Made by a program: the position numbers and the translations under genes. A stretch of DNA of 64,000 nt, taken from Nemertoderma westbladi. Lineage: Eukaryota; Animalia; Xenacoelomorpha. Location of the stretch: the NCBI GenBank assembly GCA_032718475.1, contig JAUCBJ010003340.1:6733-70732 (forward strand), given 5' to 3'. This document shows positions 62,718-64,000 of this stretch, in pieces. The notes beneath the pieces were generated by a model. That model saw nothing but the letters and a program-made list of their open reading frames with translations, had not been told where the DNA came from and searched no databases. Positions within the stretch are counted from its first letter, which is position 1, and each line of letters begins with the position of its first letter.

Positions 62718-63735
62718 TTAACAATCAGTGGCTGGGGCCGTTAAATTGCACGAATGAATGTATTTGTATTGAATTTCGTATAAATTACGTTTACATTTCA
62801 TGTATCTTTTATCTTTCATTGAAACGACAGCCATTCGTAGTATGACAACGACATGATACAAAACCTGACACAACAGACCAAAAATAAGTGCCCAGTAGTC
62901 AAGCTTTTCCAAATAGGCTGCCTCTAGGCTCAATGCAGTAAAGCCGAACCAAGCAATGACCACACCGCAGAGACACATATTCCAAATCAATATTCTATCG
63001 AAATAAGTCAAATACGAAATCACTGGCAATCGCCCTTTCAAAGTGTTTTTAAAAAATTTGAAAACCAACAAAATTTTTATTGCGTTTGCGACTCTGAATC
63101 TGGTTTTTTCACTCGGTATGGAGAATGGGGTGAATGTAATCAGCGCTATGCACATGAGAATCGGCATCACATGGACTATGACGTAACCCACCTTCCGTTT
63201 CGCGAAACACTGAAACACAATCCGCGAGAACTCGCTACGCTCTTCCCGCTTTACTTCCACGATATCATAGAGATTCCAAGTCCGCGCACTCTTGCAGAAC
63301 TCCAGGGCTTCCTCCGTAATGGTCGATGGTTTATATTTGGATACAATGAGATTGACTTCGGATCGCACGCGTTGACTAGCGACATCGAACGGTAGACCCT
63401 GAGTGTCAACGGGAAAGTTGCTCAACTGGGGGTTCATATGCCACAATCCCGATATCTCAATAAATAGTCGCACTGACGGATAGGCGTCGCAGCTATCTCT
63501 TTCTGTTACCAGAGATATTTTTTCTGTTCTCTTCTTGGTTTTGTTCAAATTTTTGAATGCTATTTCTGGGTTCCAGAGTTTATGCAGTTTAATCGATTTG
63601 ACATCAGCTTCGTTGAGACCGGTAAGTAGAGGCTCGTCCCATTCAGCTGTTAGTAGCAGTGTGGCGGCAAACTGTTGGGTTTTCACATCAATATTTCCGA
63701 TTCGTAAAACATCAACTCTTAAGAAAACATCTGTC
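62718..63735 (-). CDS. Cys-less pentameric ligand-gated ion channel subunit, large terminal exon
   Basis: IGNIDVKTQQF, LWNPEI, LSNFPVDTQ (Pro-loop without cysteines), KRKVGY pre-M1, LPVISYLTYFD, four hydrophobic segments; acceptor tgtttag at 63736, so the ORF-track Met is intronic. Confidence 0.9.
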
Positions 63736-64000
63736 CTAAACACGAAACAAATAATCAAAAATAAATAAGTATGTTCCGCTATTCTACAGCATAGATTATA
63801 AATGTATAGATACTGTACACATTTTATTTACTCGTGTGGATGTAATGTAGTGGTTCAACGTAGCACCTAACGTCGTATTTTCCAACGTAACATATCGCAT
63901 CGCGAGATATTACCTACGCCGTATGCTTATAAATATCCGACAAAATTCCGAAAGTAGAAAGTGACTAGGAAAGTGACTGACAAATAAATAAAAAATCATA

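Overview
AT-rich, repeat-dense eukaryotic (most likely invertebrate animal) genomic DNA; no prokaryotic operons or CRISPR arrays. Most of the window is nested mobile DNA: RTE, L2/CR1, CRE and Penelope retroelement fragments; hAT-, P-, piggyBac-, Kolobok-, Harbinger- and IS3EU-like non-autonomous elements; a disrupted pogo (DD35D) transposon; an apparently intact DD41D Tc1/mariner transposon; and 68-bp and ~146-bp satellites. Host genes supported: an orphan secreted/GPI-like protein (16.3-16.9 kb, -), a spliced EF-hand gene absent from the ORF track (28.8 and 33.0 kb, +), an intronless atypical Ras-family GTPase (35.8 kb, +) and a Cys-less pentameric ligand-gated channel exon (62.7-63.7 kb, -). 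The most striking signal is two sequence-unrelated families of short elements (29.9 kb and 48.4-49.1 kb). In both, a minimal type I hammerhead ribozyme sits between tRNA-type Pol III A and B boxes, where the anticodon arm would be, and the unit is enclosed by a long outer stem. One family occurs as a partial-tandem plus inverted insertion with a 13-bp TSD, like Penelope-mobilised retrozymes. All calls are by eye; coordinates of degenerate repeats are approximate.
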